From Ferruginibacter sp. (GTDB lineage: Bacteria; Bacteroidota; Bacteroidia; Chitinophagales; Chitinophagaceae): a DNA stretch of 64,000 bases. Positions 21,060 through 30,253 of the stretch are shown here, piece after piece. Position 1 is the first letter of the stretch. Each line of letters starts with the position of its first letter. The DNA is taken from assembly GCA_025352695.1 (NCBI GenBank), contig JANXSK010000053.1, positions 2,998 through 66,997 of the forward strand, in the 5' to 3' direction. A program made the translations under genes and the position numbers. Below the pieces are notes generated by a model. The model did not search any database. It saw only the letters and a program-made list of their open reading frames with translations, and was not told where the DNA came from.

Positions 21060-21586
21060 TTTTTAATTTTAGTGGAAACTATATTTATTTTTCTTACACA
21101 ATTTATCGCTCTTGAAAACACGTCAAGATAAGGGCTGTGTTTATCTCCGTCATCTAGCATCTGCATTATTGTTTCTTCCGGCGCATCACTTTCAATTGTT
21201 ATATTATATCTCACTTCAAGATAACCGGGAGGAATATTTTTATTTGCAGTGCCTAACAAAGCTCCATTGTCAAAATCAGCCTGTACTTCCACTTCTAGGT
21301 TTTTAATAGGGATGCTTAATTCCGCAGCTTTCATCATGTAGCCAATGGCAAGGCAGGAACCAAGCGCTGCCCTTCCATATACACCGGGTGTAGGAGCAGT
21401 ATTGTTACCGCCGATTCCTTCGGGCATGTCAACAGAAAACTTCCAGCTATCTTCACTTATTTCGCAGGTTAGCCCATTTACAATGCGTACTTTAGAAACG
21501 GCCGTATCTCTGCCCATTGCAGGTTTCAGGGTAAAGGCCTTTCTGCATCTTTCCACAGCAATCTTAATTTTTTCTTCTTCTTTCAT
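21056..21586 (-). CDS. OsmC/Ohr-family protein
   Basis: OsmC-like fold signature with ALGSCLAIGY. The second conserved Cys position reads KHSPY rather than the usual CP(V/Y). I placed the start at MKEEEKIKIAV (21586). Confidence 0.75.
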   Translation of the reverse strand: MKEEEKIKIAVERCRKAFTLKPAMGRDTAVSKVRIVNGLTCEISEDSWKFSVDMPEGIGGNNTAPTPGVYGRAALGSCLAIGYMMKAAELSIPIKNLEVEVQADFDNGALLGTANKNIPPGYLEVRYNITIESDAPEETIMQMLDDGDKHSPYLDVFSRAINCVRKINIVSTKIKK

Positions 21587-21793
21587 AATAAACTTTTTAA
21601 AGCTTAAATGTGTCAATAAGGTTGACAATGTTGAGTATTTGCGAAAAATGAGTATTGAAAAACGTACAAAAATAAAAAATATATTGATAATTAAATATAT
21701 GAATTAAGTTCCAATGTTATATTAATAAATGTTTGCTGGAACTGACTTTGCTATTTTGCTGAAGCCGAAGTAACAAAGGTCTTCGCTTATGCC

Positions 21794-21850
21794 CAGCAAC
21801 GACCTTCGCTGATACACCAGCTCGAGAGGAGACTTGGCTGCGAAGGAAAG
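21794..21850. repeat. Short third copy of the terminal block of the 19.9/22.4 kb repeat
   Basis: CAGCAACGACCTTCGCTGATACACCAGCTCGAGAGGAGACTTGGCTGCGAAGGAAAG aligns with 20176-20230 and 22704-22758. It lies 27 nt beyond the GNAT stop codon. Confidence 0.7.
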
Positions 21851-21877
21851 AATTATATGTAATTTTAGTCTCTATAT

Positions 21878-22333
21878 TTACATACGCATTTCAAGCACAT
21901 GTCCTTTGAAGCCAGCTTTTTTGTAGGCATTTTTTGCGATGGTATTCTCATCATAAACAACCAAGCGAATTTCTCTGATTTGTTTCTCCATAACCCAGTC
22001 TTTTAATGTCTGTAAAATCTGTTGATTAATACCCCTCCCACGATATAGGGGTCTTACATACATAAGACCTATGTATGCATATTTACAATGCTTCAAAAAA
22101 GGTTCAGCATCTTTCAGCACAGCATATCCAGCGCCTACAATATTATTGTCAATTTCAGCAACTAATATTTTTGCTTGGGGCGATGCTATTAGATCTTGAA
22201 AATCGTAATAATGTATTTCGCCCTCTTTCAAACTATTGTCAAACGCTCTCTCAGCTTTTATAATCTCCTGCTCAAACTCAATGAGTGATGTCAAGTCATA
22301 TTCACTCGCTTCTCTGATATTAAAATTCTCCAT
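21878..22333 (-). CDS. GNAT family N-acetyltransferase
   Basis: 151 aa with the acetyl-CoA loop RGRGINQQILQTL and a C-terminal NAYKKAGF. Confidence 0.88.
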   Translation of the reverse strand: MENFNIREASEYDLTSLIEFEQEIIKAERAFDNSLKEGEIHYYDFQDLIASPQAKILVAEIDNNIVGAGYAVLKDAEPFLKHCKYAYIGLMYVRPLYRGRGINQQILQTLKDWVMEKQIREIRLVVYDENTIAKNAYKKAGFKGHVLEMRM

Positions 22334-22371
22334 TAAAATTTATTGAATAATGTTTGTCTTGTCCTTCTATT

Positions 22372-22758
22372 CCAAGTAACGTTATCAACGAGCCTTTGAC
22401 CATGGCTGAGGATGTTGCATCTGGTTGAATTACTTTTTGGTAAAATTAAAGTCCACGGCTTCCATTTCCATAAAATTATTTCCTTTCTGTTTCTAAATAA
22501 TCAAACCTATTGTAAACAATGTTGTAGCCAATTACTCTATCAATTTGTTGTAGCCATTCATGATTTGTGAAAGTTGTAAAAAATATTTCACTGTTGTGTT
22601 GTATGGTTCGATTTACTGGCATTATATAAAGTTAATGGAGCTTTTAAATAAATCCTACTTGGGCTGTGATTGTTTTTTTAAACTAATTATTGCTACGTAG
22701 TAAACAACGTCCTTGGCTAACATACGGGCTCGGGAGGAGACTTTGTGGGGAAGGACAA
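22372..22758. repeat. Copy 2 of the ~360-390 bp direct repeat
   Basis: Collinear with 19871-20230. It carries a ~27 nt internal tandem duplication (TTGTAGCC...TTGTAGCC). The hairpin arms here are GTAACGTTA / GGATGTTGC (22376-22418). Confidence 0.85.
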
Positions 22759-22777
22759 TGGAAATAGTAAACATTCA

Positions 22778-22975
22778 CTAATATTTGGTGAGAAAGATTT
22801 TGTGAGTGTGCCAGTTGCGTTTGCTAAATTCCCAAAGAAATTACCTACACCTCCACGTTCTTACACTAAAAAAGGGTTTAATATTTAATGTTGGACAGAA
22901 ATGACGGACGGCGTTCATTTTACTGCAATGAGGCAACCCCAGGTATTGGCAAATGATATAAAAGATATTTTTTAA
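22778..22975 (+). pseudogene. C-terminal fragment of an alpha/beta-hydrolase (epoxide-hydrolase-like) gene with an in-frame stop
   Basis: The translation LIFGEKDFVSVPVAFAKFPKKLPTPPRSYTKKGFNI*CWTEMTDGVHFTAMRQPQVLANDIKDIF matches the last ~65 residues of epoxide hydrolases (the ...GGHFAAxExPExLAxDIRxFF type). The upstream ~300 codons are absent, and TAA sits at 22886-22888. Confidence 0.65.
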
Positions 22976-23787
22976 AAATTGTCTTAAGTTTTTTTAAAAT
23001 CATTGTGTTGTACAAGGAAAAATATGCGCTAGGGAAATCTGCCAACTTTGAGTTTTTTAAGCCTGCAGCAGATGAAATGATTTTAGCATTGAATTTAAAA
23101 CAAGGCGTATAGGAGAACTAAATATACTTTTAGAAGAAGCAAAAAAACAAAAAATAAATATTGATATAAACACAACCCGGTTTAATGAACAGGATACAAT
23201 TTTACCCTGGTACAAAACACTTGCAATAAAAACCCAAAAATCAAACTACGAGCTAAGCATATTGGAATATTAAAAAGAATAATTAAACTATCTTGGTTTT
23301 AAAGGAAGCGAAATAATAAAACCAATGACCAATAAATACCTTAATAAAAAACTTTCTTATGGCAGAAAATACCTAAGGTAATCTAATAAAATTAAATCTG
23401 TAACCATACAAATAAGCAAAACCAAAGTAGCATATTTAAAAAATTTTGCTTCCTAAACCAAATGAAACAAACAACGAATTCTTTTTATAATTCTAAATTT
23501 ATTATACATTTTGAGGTGTTAAATTCCTTGTCAGCTACAAGAATTAAGAGAATTGAACTTATAGACACACAAAAAAAGAATAATTGAATTGTCAAAGAAT
23601 CAATCTTTTAAAATTGAAAACAAAAATTGTGAAATCATATTTTACAACTGATCCCTTAAGACTATTATATTATAGTTAACTAAAATAACAACTGATGCAA
23701 CTCTGCAACATCAATGGAAAATTGTTATACAAAAAACCGGGTATACTAAAATATTTTAAAAACCTGCCGTAATAAGAATGACTGTAT

Positions 23788-24084
23788 TTAGTACTGCGCA
23801 TACAAACTCAACTTACTTTGTAATACCGAAATTTGTTGTTGCATATCCTGCATACGTTGCAATAAATAAGTGATGGTTTCAATACCCTCCAGGTTAATAT
23901 CCAGCTCATGATACAACCGCACCATCTTTTCTAATTGTGGTAACTCACTTTCATCTACAAATACTTTTTCTTCTAGTTCAATAACTTCTATTAAGCCAGA
24001 TTGCTGTAAAGAATAAATAAAAGACAGCTCAATATTATGGTAAATACAAAATTCATTGGCTGCTATTAAATGTGTGGTTGGCAT
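23788..24084 (-). CDS. cbpM: Chaperone modulator CbpM (MerR-like)
   Basis: 98 aa, 10 nt downstream of the cbpA-like gene. The size and position are typical of CbpM. Confidence 0.7.
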   Translation of the reverse strand: MPTTHLIAANEFCIYHNIELSFIYSLQQSGLIEVIELEEKVFVDESELPQLEKMVRLYHELDINLEGIETITYLLQRMQDMQQQISVLQSKLSLYAQY

Positions 24085-24094
24085 ACAAATAATT

Positions 24095-24976
24095 TTATTT
24101 AAGCTGTGATAATTCTGAAAATAAAGCCTTTTGTTTTTCTGTTAAATTGATAGGCAATTTAATATCGTAGGTAACATACAAATCTCCAAACTCTTCTTCT
24201 TTTTTATACACCGGAAAACCTTTTCCTTTTAACCTTATCTTGGTACCAAACTGAGTTTCGGGATTCACTTTTAATTTTACTTTTCCTTTTAATGTATCAA
24301 TAGTGGTTTCGCCACCTAGCAGGGCGGTGTACAAATCAATTATTGCATGGGTATATAAATCATTTCCTATTCTTTTAAAACCTGGGTGGTTACCAATAAC
24401 AAAAGTAATAAACAGATCACCGGCCGGGCCACCGTTTACACCAGGCGCTCCATGACTTTTTAATTTTATTACCTGTCCGTTTTCAATACCGGCCGGGATA
24501 GAGATTCGGATATTTTTTCCATTTACGGTTAGTGTTTGCTGATGCGTTTCAAGTGCATCTGTTAAAGCAAGCTGCAATTCTGCATTGTAATCCTGCCCCC
24601 TGAATTTTGTTTGCCTACTGCGGCTGGATCCTCCAAACATAGATTCGAAAAAACTTGAAAAATCTCCTTCTTCGCCGCCAGAAAATTGCTGACCGCCGGA
24701 AGAAAATGGTGATTGCCGTTGCGACCGGCTTTGTTGTTGAAACTGGTCCGCATGTTGCCAATCTTTACCATACTGATCATATTTTTTCCGCTTCTCAGGA
24801 TCGCTTAATACTTCGTTGGCTTCGTTAACCTGCTGAAATTTTTTGTGAGCATCTTTATCATTTGGATTAAGATCTGGATGCAGTTTTCTTGCCAATTTCC
24901 GATAAGCTTTTTTAATGTCGTCTTCTGTGGCTTTTTTATCAACCCCCAAAATATTATAATAATCAACAAATTCCAT
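24095..24976 (-). CDS. cbpA: J-domain protein, curved-DNA-binding CbpA type
   Basis: J domain [34 protein letters not shown], a G/F-rich linker and no zinc-finger repeats. I placed the start at MEFVDYYN (24976). Confidence 0.88.
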   Translation of the reverse strand: MEFVDYYNILGVDKKATEDDIKKAYRKLARKLHPDLNPNDKDAHKKFQQVNEANEVLSDPEKRKKYDQYGKDWQHADQFQQQSRSQRQSPFSSGGQQFSGGEEGDFSSFFESMFGGSSRSRQTKFRGQDYNAELQLALTDALETHQQTLTVNGKNIRISIPAGIENGQVIKLKSHGAPGVNGGPAGDLFITFVIGNHPGFKRIGNDLYTHAIIDLYTALLGGETTIDTLKGKVKLKVNPETQFGTKIRLKGKGFPVYKKEEEFGDLYVTYDIKLPINLTEKQKALFSELSQLK

Positions 24977-25193
24977 AACTATAATTTTATTCTTTACAAT
25001 ACAAAGGTACAACGCATTGTATTTTTTATATTTTTTTTTGTGGCAAAGCTGCGGATAAAAAAACGCTATTTTAAATTTAAGGCAATAGATGCCTGTTGGT
25101 ATGCGGCAAAAGTGTGCGACGCAAGGATGCTGCTATGAAAAATAATGCCAGGCACAAAATTCACTTTACAATAATTTGAATCTTTTATAAAGG

Positions 25194-26552
25194 TTATTCT
25201 TTTTCAAAAGGCCATTGCTTTTTTAATTTAGCCATTGTAATATATACAATCAGCCCGCTACCAAAAACCAATAAAAAAGAAAGCATTATGGTGACACCAG
25301 TTGCGTAAAAAATAAATAACCACATGGCAATTGCGAGCAATACTGGCAAAGGATATAATGGCATTTTGTAAGGCAGGTTTGTAGTTCCGTTTCTTTTACG
25401 CAATAATACTACACCGATAGCCTGACCAATAAATTGTACCATGATACGCATGGCTAATATGCCATCAATAATATGTTTCATTTTAAAGGTCATGCTAAAA
25501 ATAAAAGCCAGCACAGCCAATACTAAAAGAGATACATAAGGGAAATTTTTTGTAGGATGCAGTTTGCCAAACACTTTAAAAAAAGCACCGTCTGCGGCAG
25601 CAGCGTAAGGAACTCTAGAATAGCCAAGCATTACAGCAAATAAAGAAGCCACCGCCACCCACAAAATCATTATGGTACCAGCTTTTGCAGCAGTTGGTCC
25701 GTAGAGTCGTTCTAAAAATGTACTTACTACAAAATTATTTTGTCCTGTATCCTGCCAGTGTTTTATTTCTTGCCAAGAAATAACACTACTAACACTCAGG
25801 TTCATGGCTAAATATAAAATAGCAATACCAATTACAGAAATGAACATACTGCGGGGAATATTTTTTCCTGGATTTTTTATTTCACCACCTAAATGACAAA
25901 CATTGTAGTAGCCAAGATAACTGTAAATTGTTTTTACGCAGGCTTGTCCAAATACAAATGATACCAGTTGTCCCCAACTAAAATCGGTATTGATGTCTTT
26001 AAGTGGTTGTAAAAAATTTCCATTCGCTATGCCCCCTATGATGATCCAGCCGAGGGTAAGCAATACGCCCGTCCATAACAAAACACCAATTTTACCAATG
26101 CTGTCAATTTTTCTGTACAATAAAAAAGTAATAAAAATGATGACAACTCCAGATACTGCTTTTGCCTGCCAGTCCTCCAGGTGAACAAGGTATCCCATAT
26201 ACTGCGAAAAACCAATGGCAGCAGAAGCCGCTACCAGCGGGGCTTGTATGATAGTTTGCCAAACATACAAAAAGCTCATTAGCCGTCCAATACCATTTTT
26301 GCCATAGGCTTCTTTTAAAAAATTATAACTTCCGCCTGCCATGGGATATGCAGCACCGAGCTCACTCCATATCATGGCATCAATTAAAGAAAGCAATGCG
26401 CCTGCTATCCATGCGTATAAAAACATTCCACCCATAAGCCCCATAACTATAGGTAAAGTAACAAAGGGACCAATACCGACCATATCAATCATGTTGAGAA
26501 CAGTAGAATGAAAAAGCCCGAGCCTGCGTTGTAGTGTTGGTGTATTGTTCAT
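25194..26552 (-). CDS. APC-superfamily amino acid/polyamine permease
   Basis: 452 aa with ~12 hydrophobic segments and an APC-like N-terminal block (GIGPFVTLPIV, SELGAAYPMAGGSY). Confidence 0.85.
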   Translation of the reverse strand: MNNTPTLQRRLGLFHSTVLNMIDMVGIGPFVTLPIVMGLMGGMFLYAWIAGALLSLIDAMIWSELGAAYPMAGGSYNFLKEAYGKNGIGRLMSFLYVWQTIIQAPLVAASAAIGFSQYMGYLVHLEDWQAKAVSGVVIIFITFLLYRKIDSIGKIGVLLWTGVLLTLGWIIIGGIANGNFLQPLKDINTDFSWGQLVSFVFGQACVKTIYSYLGYYNVCHLGGEIKNPGKNIPRSMFISVIGIAILYLAMNLSVSSVISWQEIKHWQDTGQNNFVVSTFLERLYGPTAAKAGTIMILWVAVASLFAVMLGYSRVPYAAAADGAFFKVFGKLHPTKNFPYVSLLVLAVLAFIFSMTFKMKHIIDGILAMRIMVQFIGQAIGVVLLRKRNGTTNLPYKMPLYPLPVLLAIAMWLFIFYATGVTIMLSFLLVFGSGLIVYITMAKLKKQWPFEKE

Positions 26553-26742
26553 TAAATTTATTAAAAAGGGAAATTACAATTTAGTGGTGATAAAATAATT
26601 TGTGTAATAAGTAAACAAATTACGATGATGGGAAAATTAATAATTACTGATGTTTAAAGTACTGGTAAAATAACGGGTTGATAAAATAAATGTACTTTAC
26701 AATTAATTGTATACTTGGTGATGGGTGGTTGGTAGTTGCCGT

Positions 26743-26772
26743 AAAACAAACAGACTTCCTTAAGGAAGCCTG
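26743..26772 (-). terminator. Hairpin terminator after the thioredoxin-like gene
   Basis: On the minus strand CAGGCTTCC-TTAA-GGAAGTCTG is followed by TTTGTTTT. Confidence 0.65.
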
Positions 26773-26835
26773 CATGTTTCGAAACCATTTGTCAAAAACA
26801 AATTTTATTTTATACTATGTGCCTGCGGTAATATT

Positions 26836-27363
26836 TTACCAACTGGCAGTAAATGATTGATTGAATTGTGGAAAGACTTTCGTTTTATAAACGCCCTCAC
26901 CAAAAAACTTTAACGGTGCTTCAATTTCTTTGGCCTTTAAATATCCTGCCAGTGGTGCTGGTTGGGCATCTAAAGCCGTAACAAATACTGTGGTTGGAAA
27001 ACTCATTTGTCCGTTGCACAAATAAACGGCTAAGTCATTTACTTTATTATCCTTGTTATATTCATATTTTTTACCACCCCATTCTGCTGTCTCCTTTTGT
27101 TCTGCATCAAATTTTACGGCATAATAATGCTCATTGATATAGGCAACTACTTTTTGGTTGCTGTATGTTTCCTTATCCATAACCTTGCACCAGCCACACC
27201 AACTTGTATACACATCAACTAAAATTGGTTTAGGATTTTTACTATACACTTCCTGCAATTGAGCCACTGTAAGCCATTGTACCTTATTTTTATTAAAAGG
27301 TCTGAAAGCAACTGCTAAAAAAAACAAAATCGCAATAAATAAAAAACGGGTAACCTTTTGCAT
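26836..27363 (-). CDS. Secreted thioredoxin-fold protein
   Basis: Signal/anchor N-terminus and the redox motif WCGWC. Confidence 0.8.
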   Translation of the reverse strand: MQKVTRFLFIAILFFLAVAFRPFNKNKVQWLTVAQLQEVYSKNPKPILVDVYTSWCGWCKVMDKETYSNQKVVAYINEHYYAVKFDAEQKETAEWGGKKYEYNKDNKVNDLAVYLCNGQMSFPTTVFVTALDAQPAPLAGYLKAKEIEAPLKFFGEGVYKTKVFPQFNQSFTASW

Positions 27364-27408
27364 ACAATAATTGTTTAGTAGCTTAGACGATCACTTAACG
27401 TTAAACCA

Positions 27409-27966
27409 ATGCATAAAATTGTTGTTGCAATTACGGGAGCTAGTGGCTCTATTTATTCAAAAGTATTATTAGACAAGTTGCTGGCTATTAAAGAGCAATG
27501 GAAAGACCTATCAGTTATATTAACTGAAAACGCAAAAGAAGTATGGAAAACAGAGTTAGATAACGACGATTATAAAAACTATCCGGTTAAATTTTATACC
27601 CAGCAGGATTTTATGGCCCCGTTCGCATCCGGATCCGGCAAGTACGATATTATGATTATTGTACCATGTAGTATGGGTACATTGGGCAGAATTGCAGGCG
27701 GTATCAGCAACGATCTTATCACAAGGGCTGCAGATGTTATTTTAAAAGAAAGAAGAAAATTAATTACAGTAGTAAGAGATACTCCATACAACTTAATTCA
27801 TATCCGCAATATGGAAACTGTTACATTGGCTGGTGGAATTATTTGTCCGGCAACTCCTTCGTTTTATAGCAAGCCAAAAACTTTAGACGATGTTGCTGCC
27901 ACTGTTGTTGACAGGGTAATAGATCTTGCAGGACTAACTATTAATACCTATAGATGGGGCAAATAA
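27409..27966 (+). CDS. ubiX: Flavin prenyltransferase UbiX
   Basis: IVVAITGASGSIYSKVLLDKL... and PCSMGTLGRIAGGISNDLITRAADV are typical UbiX/Pad1 blocks. Confidence 0.9.
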   Translation: MHKIVVAITGASGSIYSKVLLDKLLAIKEQWKDLSVILTENAKEVWKTELDNDDYKNYPVKFYTQQDFMAPFASGSGKYDIMIIVPCSMGTLGRIAGGISNDLITRAADVILKERRKLITVVRDTPYNLIHIRNMETVTLAGGIICPATPSFYSKPKTLDDVAATVVDRVIDLAGLTINTYRWGK

Positions 27967-28042
27967 AAAATACTTTTAGCTAAATTAAAAAATAATCAAA
28001 TTAAAAGCATCTTTAAAAATCTTTTTGGTGATTGAGGGTTTA

Positions 28043-28708
28043 TTACCTCAAATCCACTACTTCAATACCTGGATATTTTTTTGCATCAAAAATAAATAAT
28101 GCGTCATTTATTGGAGCAGTAGTGTTCATATTATTAACTGCGTAGGTATATTTATTACCTGTTTTTTCAAATACTTTAGTGCTGTTGATTGTTTGTGCTT
28201 TCTTATCAACATATACCAATACTTTAAAAAAAGGTTTGCTTTTATCTGTTGGTGTTAATTCAATTTCCTGAATTTTTTTTCCTGCTATTGTTGTTTCCTG
28301 GTTTAGTTTATACAAAAAATCTTTGTCGTAAAAATTGGTAAATAATTTTTGTGGTGTAATACTATTGGCAGAAGGATCAATTTTTGTAATAGTTACTTCA
28401 TTGGAACTTTTATCGTATGTAGAAATATTAATGCCATCGCAATAAATTTCCTGCCCTGTTAAACTAACCTGGTACTTATTGGCTTTCATAAAAACATTAC
28501 CTACTTTATTTCCTAACGTTTTTCCTGCTGCATTTTCAATTTTTAATGAAAATTTTGCTTGTACCCCTTTAAAGGATTTAAATTTTGCACTTACCGCATC
28601 TAAAACTTTTTTTGCTTCGGGATCATTGTTGCCGAACCCCTTCTGTTGGGCTGATACAAATAATGCACTTAGCAGTAATATAAATACACTTGAAAATAAT
28701 TTTTTCAT
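28043..28708 (-). CDS. LolA-like outer-membrane lipoprotein carrier family protein
   Basis: Signal peptide, 221 aa, and the LolA-like pattern (FSLKIEN...GNVFMKANKYQVSL...IYCDG...STYDKSSNEVTI). Confidence 0.65.
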   Translation of the reverse strand: MKKLFSSVFILLLSALFVSAQQKGFGNNDPEAKKVLDAVSAKFKSFKGVQAKFSLKIENAAGKTLGNKVGNVFMKANKYQVSLTGQEIYCDGINISTYDKSSNEVTITKIDPSANSITPQKLFTNFYDKDFLYKLNQETTIAGKKIQEIELTPTDKSKPFFKVLVYVDKKAQTINSTKVFEKTGNKYTYAVNNMNTTAPINDALFIFDAKKYPGIEVVDLR

Positions 28709-28956
28709 TTAAAATAAATTTAATATGGATGGCATTTATAAAAATGAATGTAAAGATAAGCGAATAGACTATTTAAAAAAGACGTTGTTCAGCAGCAACG
28801 TTTAAGGAAATGTTAATGTACCTATCGTCAAAAATAAACTTGATTGTTTGCCTTGATAGTTGCTATCAAGTTGCATTTTACAGCTTCTTCAACATTCAAC
28901 ATACCCAACTCCGCTATTGATTCCATTTTGTAATCATTAAATATCATTTTATCATT

Positions 28957-30153
28957 ATGGAAAAGACAATTGCCTTATCCCAAAAGCAAACCTATACGCC
29001 TACACGCTTTACTGAATTTTTATGGTGGCTTTCTACTGCTGAAAAAGAATTATTGGCAGATGCCGTTGTTGACAGAAACCGACATAAAATAATAGGTATG
29101 ACTGTGCTTCCAACCTGGGCTTTTACCACATTAGCCTGGACTTATTTTTTTAGTACTGTTGCTACAAATACCTGGCTGGCCATACCTCTAGGATTTTTTA
29201 TTAGTTTTATTATTTTAACCATTGACAGGGCTTTAATAAAAGGCATCAATAAATTTTCGAAAAATAAAATTATGCCGCTGCTGTTCAGAGGATTATTGGC
29301 GGTTGTTATTGGTACATTTATGGCACAGCCTGCATTGCTGTATATGTTTAAAAAAGAGATCAGGTTGCAAACATCTTTAGACAATGAAAAAAAAAAGCCT
29401 TTAAAAAGTGAGGAACTAAATAATTTTTATAAACCCAGAAAAGTAACCCTAACAACTGAAAAAGAAAACCTGCAAAAAGATGCTGCGTCAAAATATGCGG
29501 ATGTTGCAAAAGCAAGAGAAAGTTTTTTAGCTGAAACAGATGGTAGCGGAGGCACTGGCAAAATGGGTATTATGGCAGTGGCCATTGCCAAAAGAAATGA
29601 GTATCAAAAATTAGATGGCGAATACCAGCAGTTTTTGAGTAAACAAGCGACTAAACTTACCGCAGTGGAAACCAGATTAAAAACCATTGAGGAGACTATT
29701 AAAAAAGAAGAAGCAGCATTTACAGAATATTTTAATGATCGGTATTTAACACAAATTGAAGCCCTGAATAATTTAATAAAAACCAATCCTGCACTACAAT
29801 TCAGGTATTATTTACTAGTTATTATTTTACTATTGATAGAGGTAATGCCAGTGATTGCCAAAAAGATATTATCCTCAGGCATCTACGATGAAAGAGTTCG
29901 TTTGAGAGAAGCTATGGAAAAAGAAATGGCAACAAGTAATATCGGTAAAGAACAGGAGCTGAAAGAATTGTACAGTACATTGGCGCATCAAAACGATCAA
30001 GAAGCTTTAACCAATTTCTTCAACTTTACAAAAGATGACCGCAATGAAAAAATAAAATCATTTAGTAAAGAATGGAAAGAAGGAACCACTCAAAGCTTTG
30101 GCGTACTTTGGGAAACCATGAAGAAAAATATTTTAACAAGGCAGGAACACTGA
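28957..30153 (+). CDS. DUF4407-type membrane protein with a central coiled coil
   Basis: N-terminal FLWWLSTAEKELL...DRNRHKIIGMTVL plus three TM helices, a long charged coiled segment and one more TM helix (YYLLVIILLLIEVMPVIA). This is the architecture I associate with DUF4407. Confidence 0.65.
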   Translation: MEKTIALSQKQTYTPTRFTEFLWWLSTAEKELLADAVVDRNRHKIIGMTVLPTWAFTTLAWTYFFSTVATNTWLAIPLGFFISFIILTIDRALIKGINKFSKNKIMPLLFRGLLAVVIGTFMAQPALLYMFKKEIRLQTSLDNEKKKPLKSEELNNFYKPRKVTLTTEKENLQKDAASKYADVAKARESFLAETDGSGGTGKMGIMAVAIAKRNEYQKLDGEYQQFLSKQATKLTAVETRLKTIEETIKKEEAAFTEYFNDRYLTQIEALNNLIKTNPALQFRYYLLVIILLLIEVMPVIAKKILSSGIYDERVRLREAMEKEMATSNIGKEQELKELYSTLAHQNDQEALTNFFNFTKDDRNEKIKSFSKEWKEGTTQSFGVLWETMKKNILTRQEH

Positions 30154-30171
30154 TGGTTTATGGTTTTAAAC

Positions 30172-30209
30172 AACAATATCTTTTTTGCTGTTGCAAAAAA
30201 GATATTGTT
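30172..30209. terminator. Bidirectional terminator between the convergent DUF4407 and pyrG genes
   Basis: Perfect 17 bp stem AACAATATCTTTTTTGC-TGTT-GCAAAAAAGATATTGTT. Confidence 0.8.
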
Positions 30210-30253
30210 AAAATTATTTTTTATTTATAAAAAATCAGATGTCAGACATGGTA

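Noticed and set aside
19871-22758. CRISPR array or a bona fide integron
   Set aside because: It is not CRISPR: there are only two long (~360-390 bp) units plus one short block, with no short regular repeat-spacer periodicity. It cannot be called an integron either. No intI is in the window, the flanked genes have mixed orientation, and the hairpin ends (..GCAAC / GTTGC..) fit the attC R-box consensus only partially. An attC-like role is kept only as one hypothesis in the finding.
28782-28801. Hairpin ACGTTG-N8-CAACGT as another member of the 19.9/22.4 kb repeat family
   Set aside because: It shares only the 6-nt CAACGT core, in the opposite arm order, and none of the flanking sequence. This is most likely coincidence.
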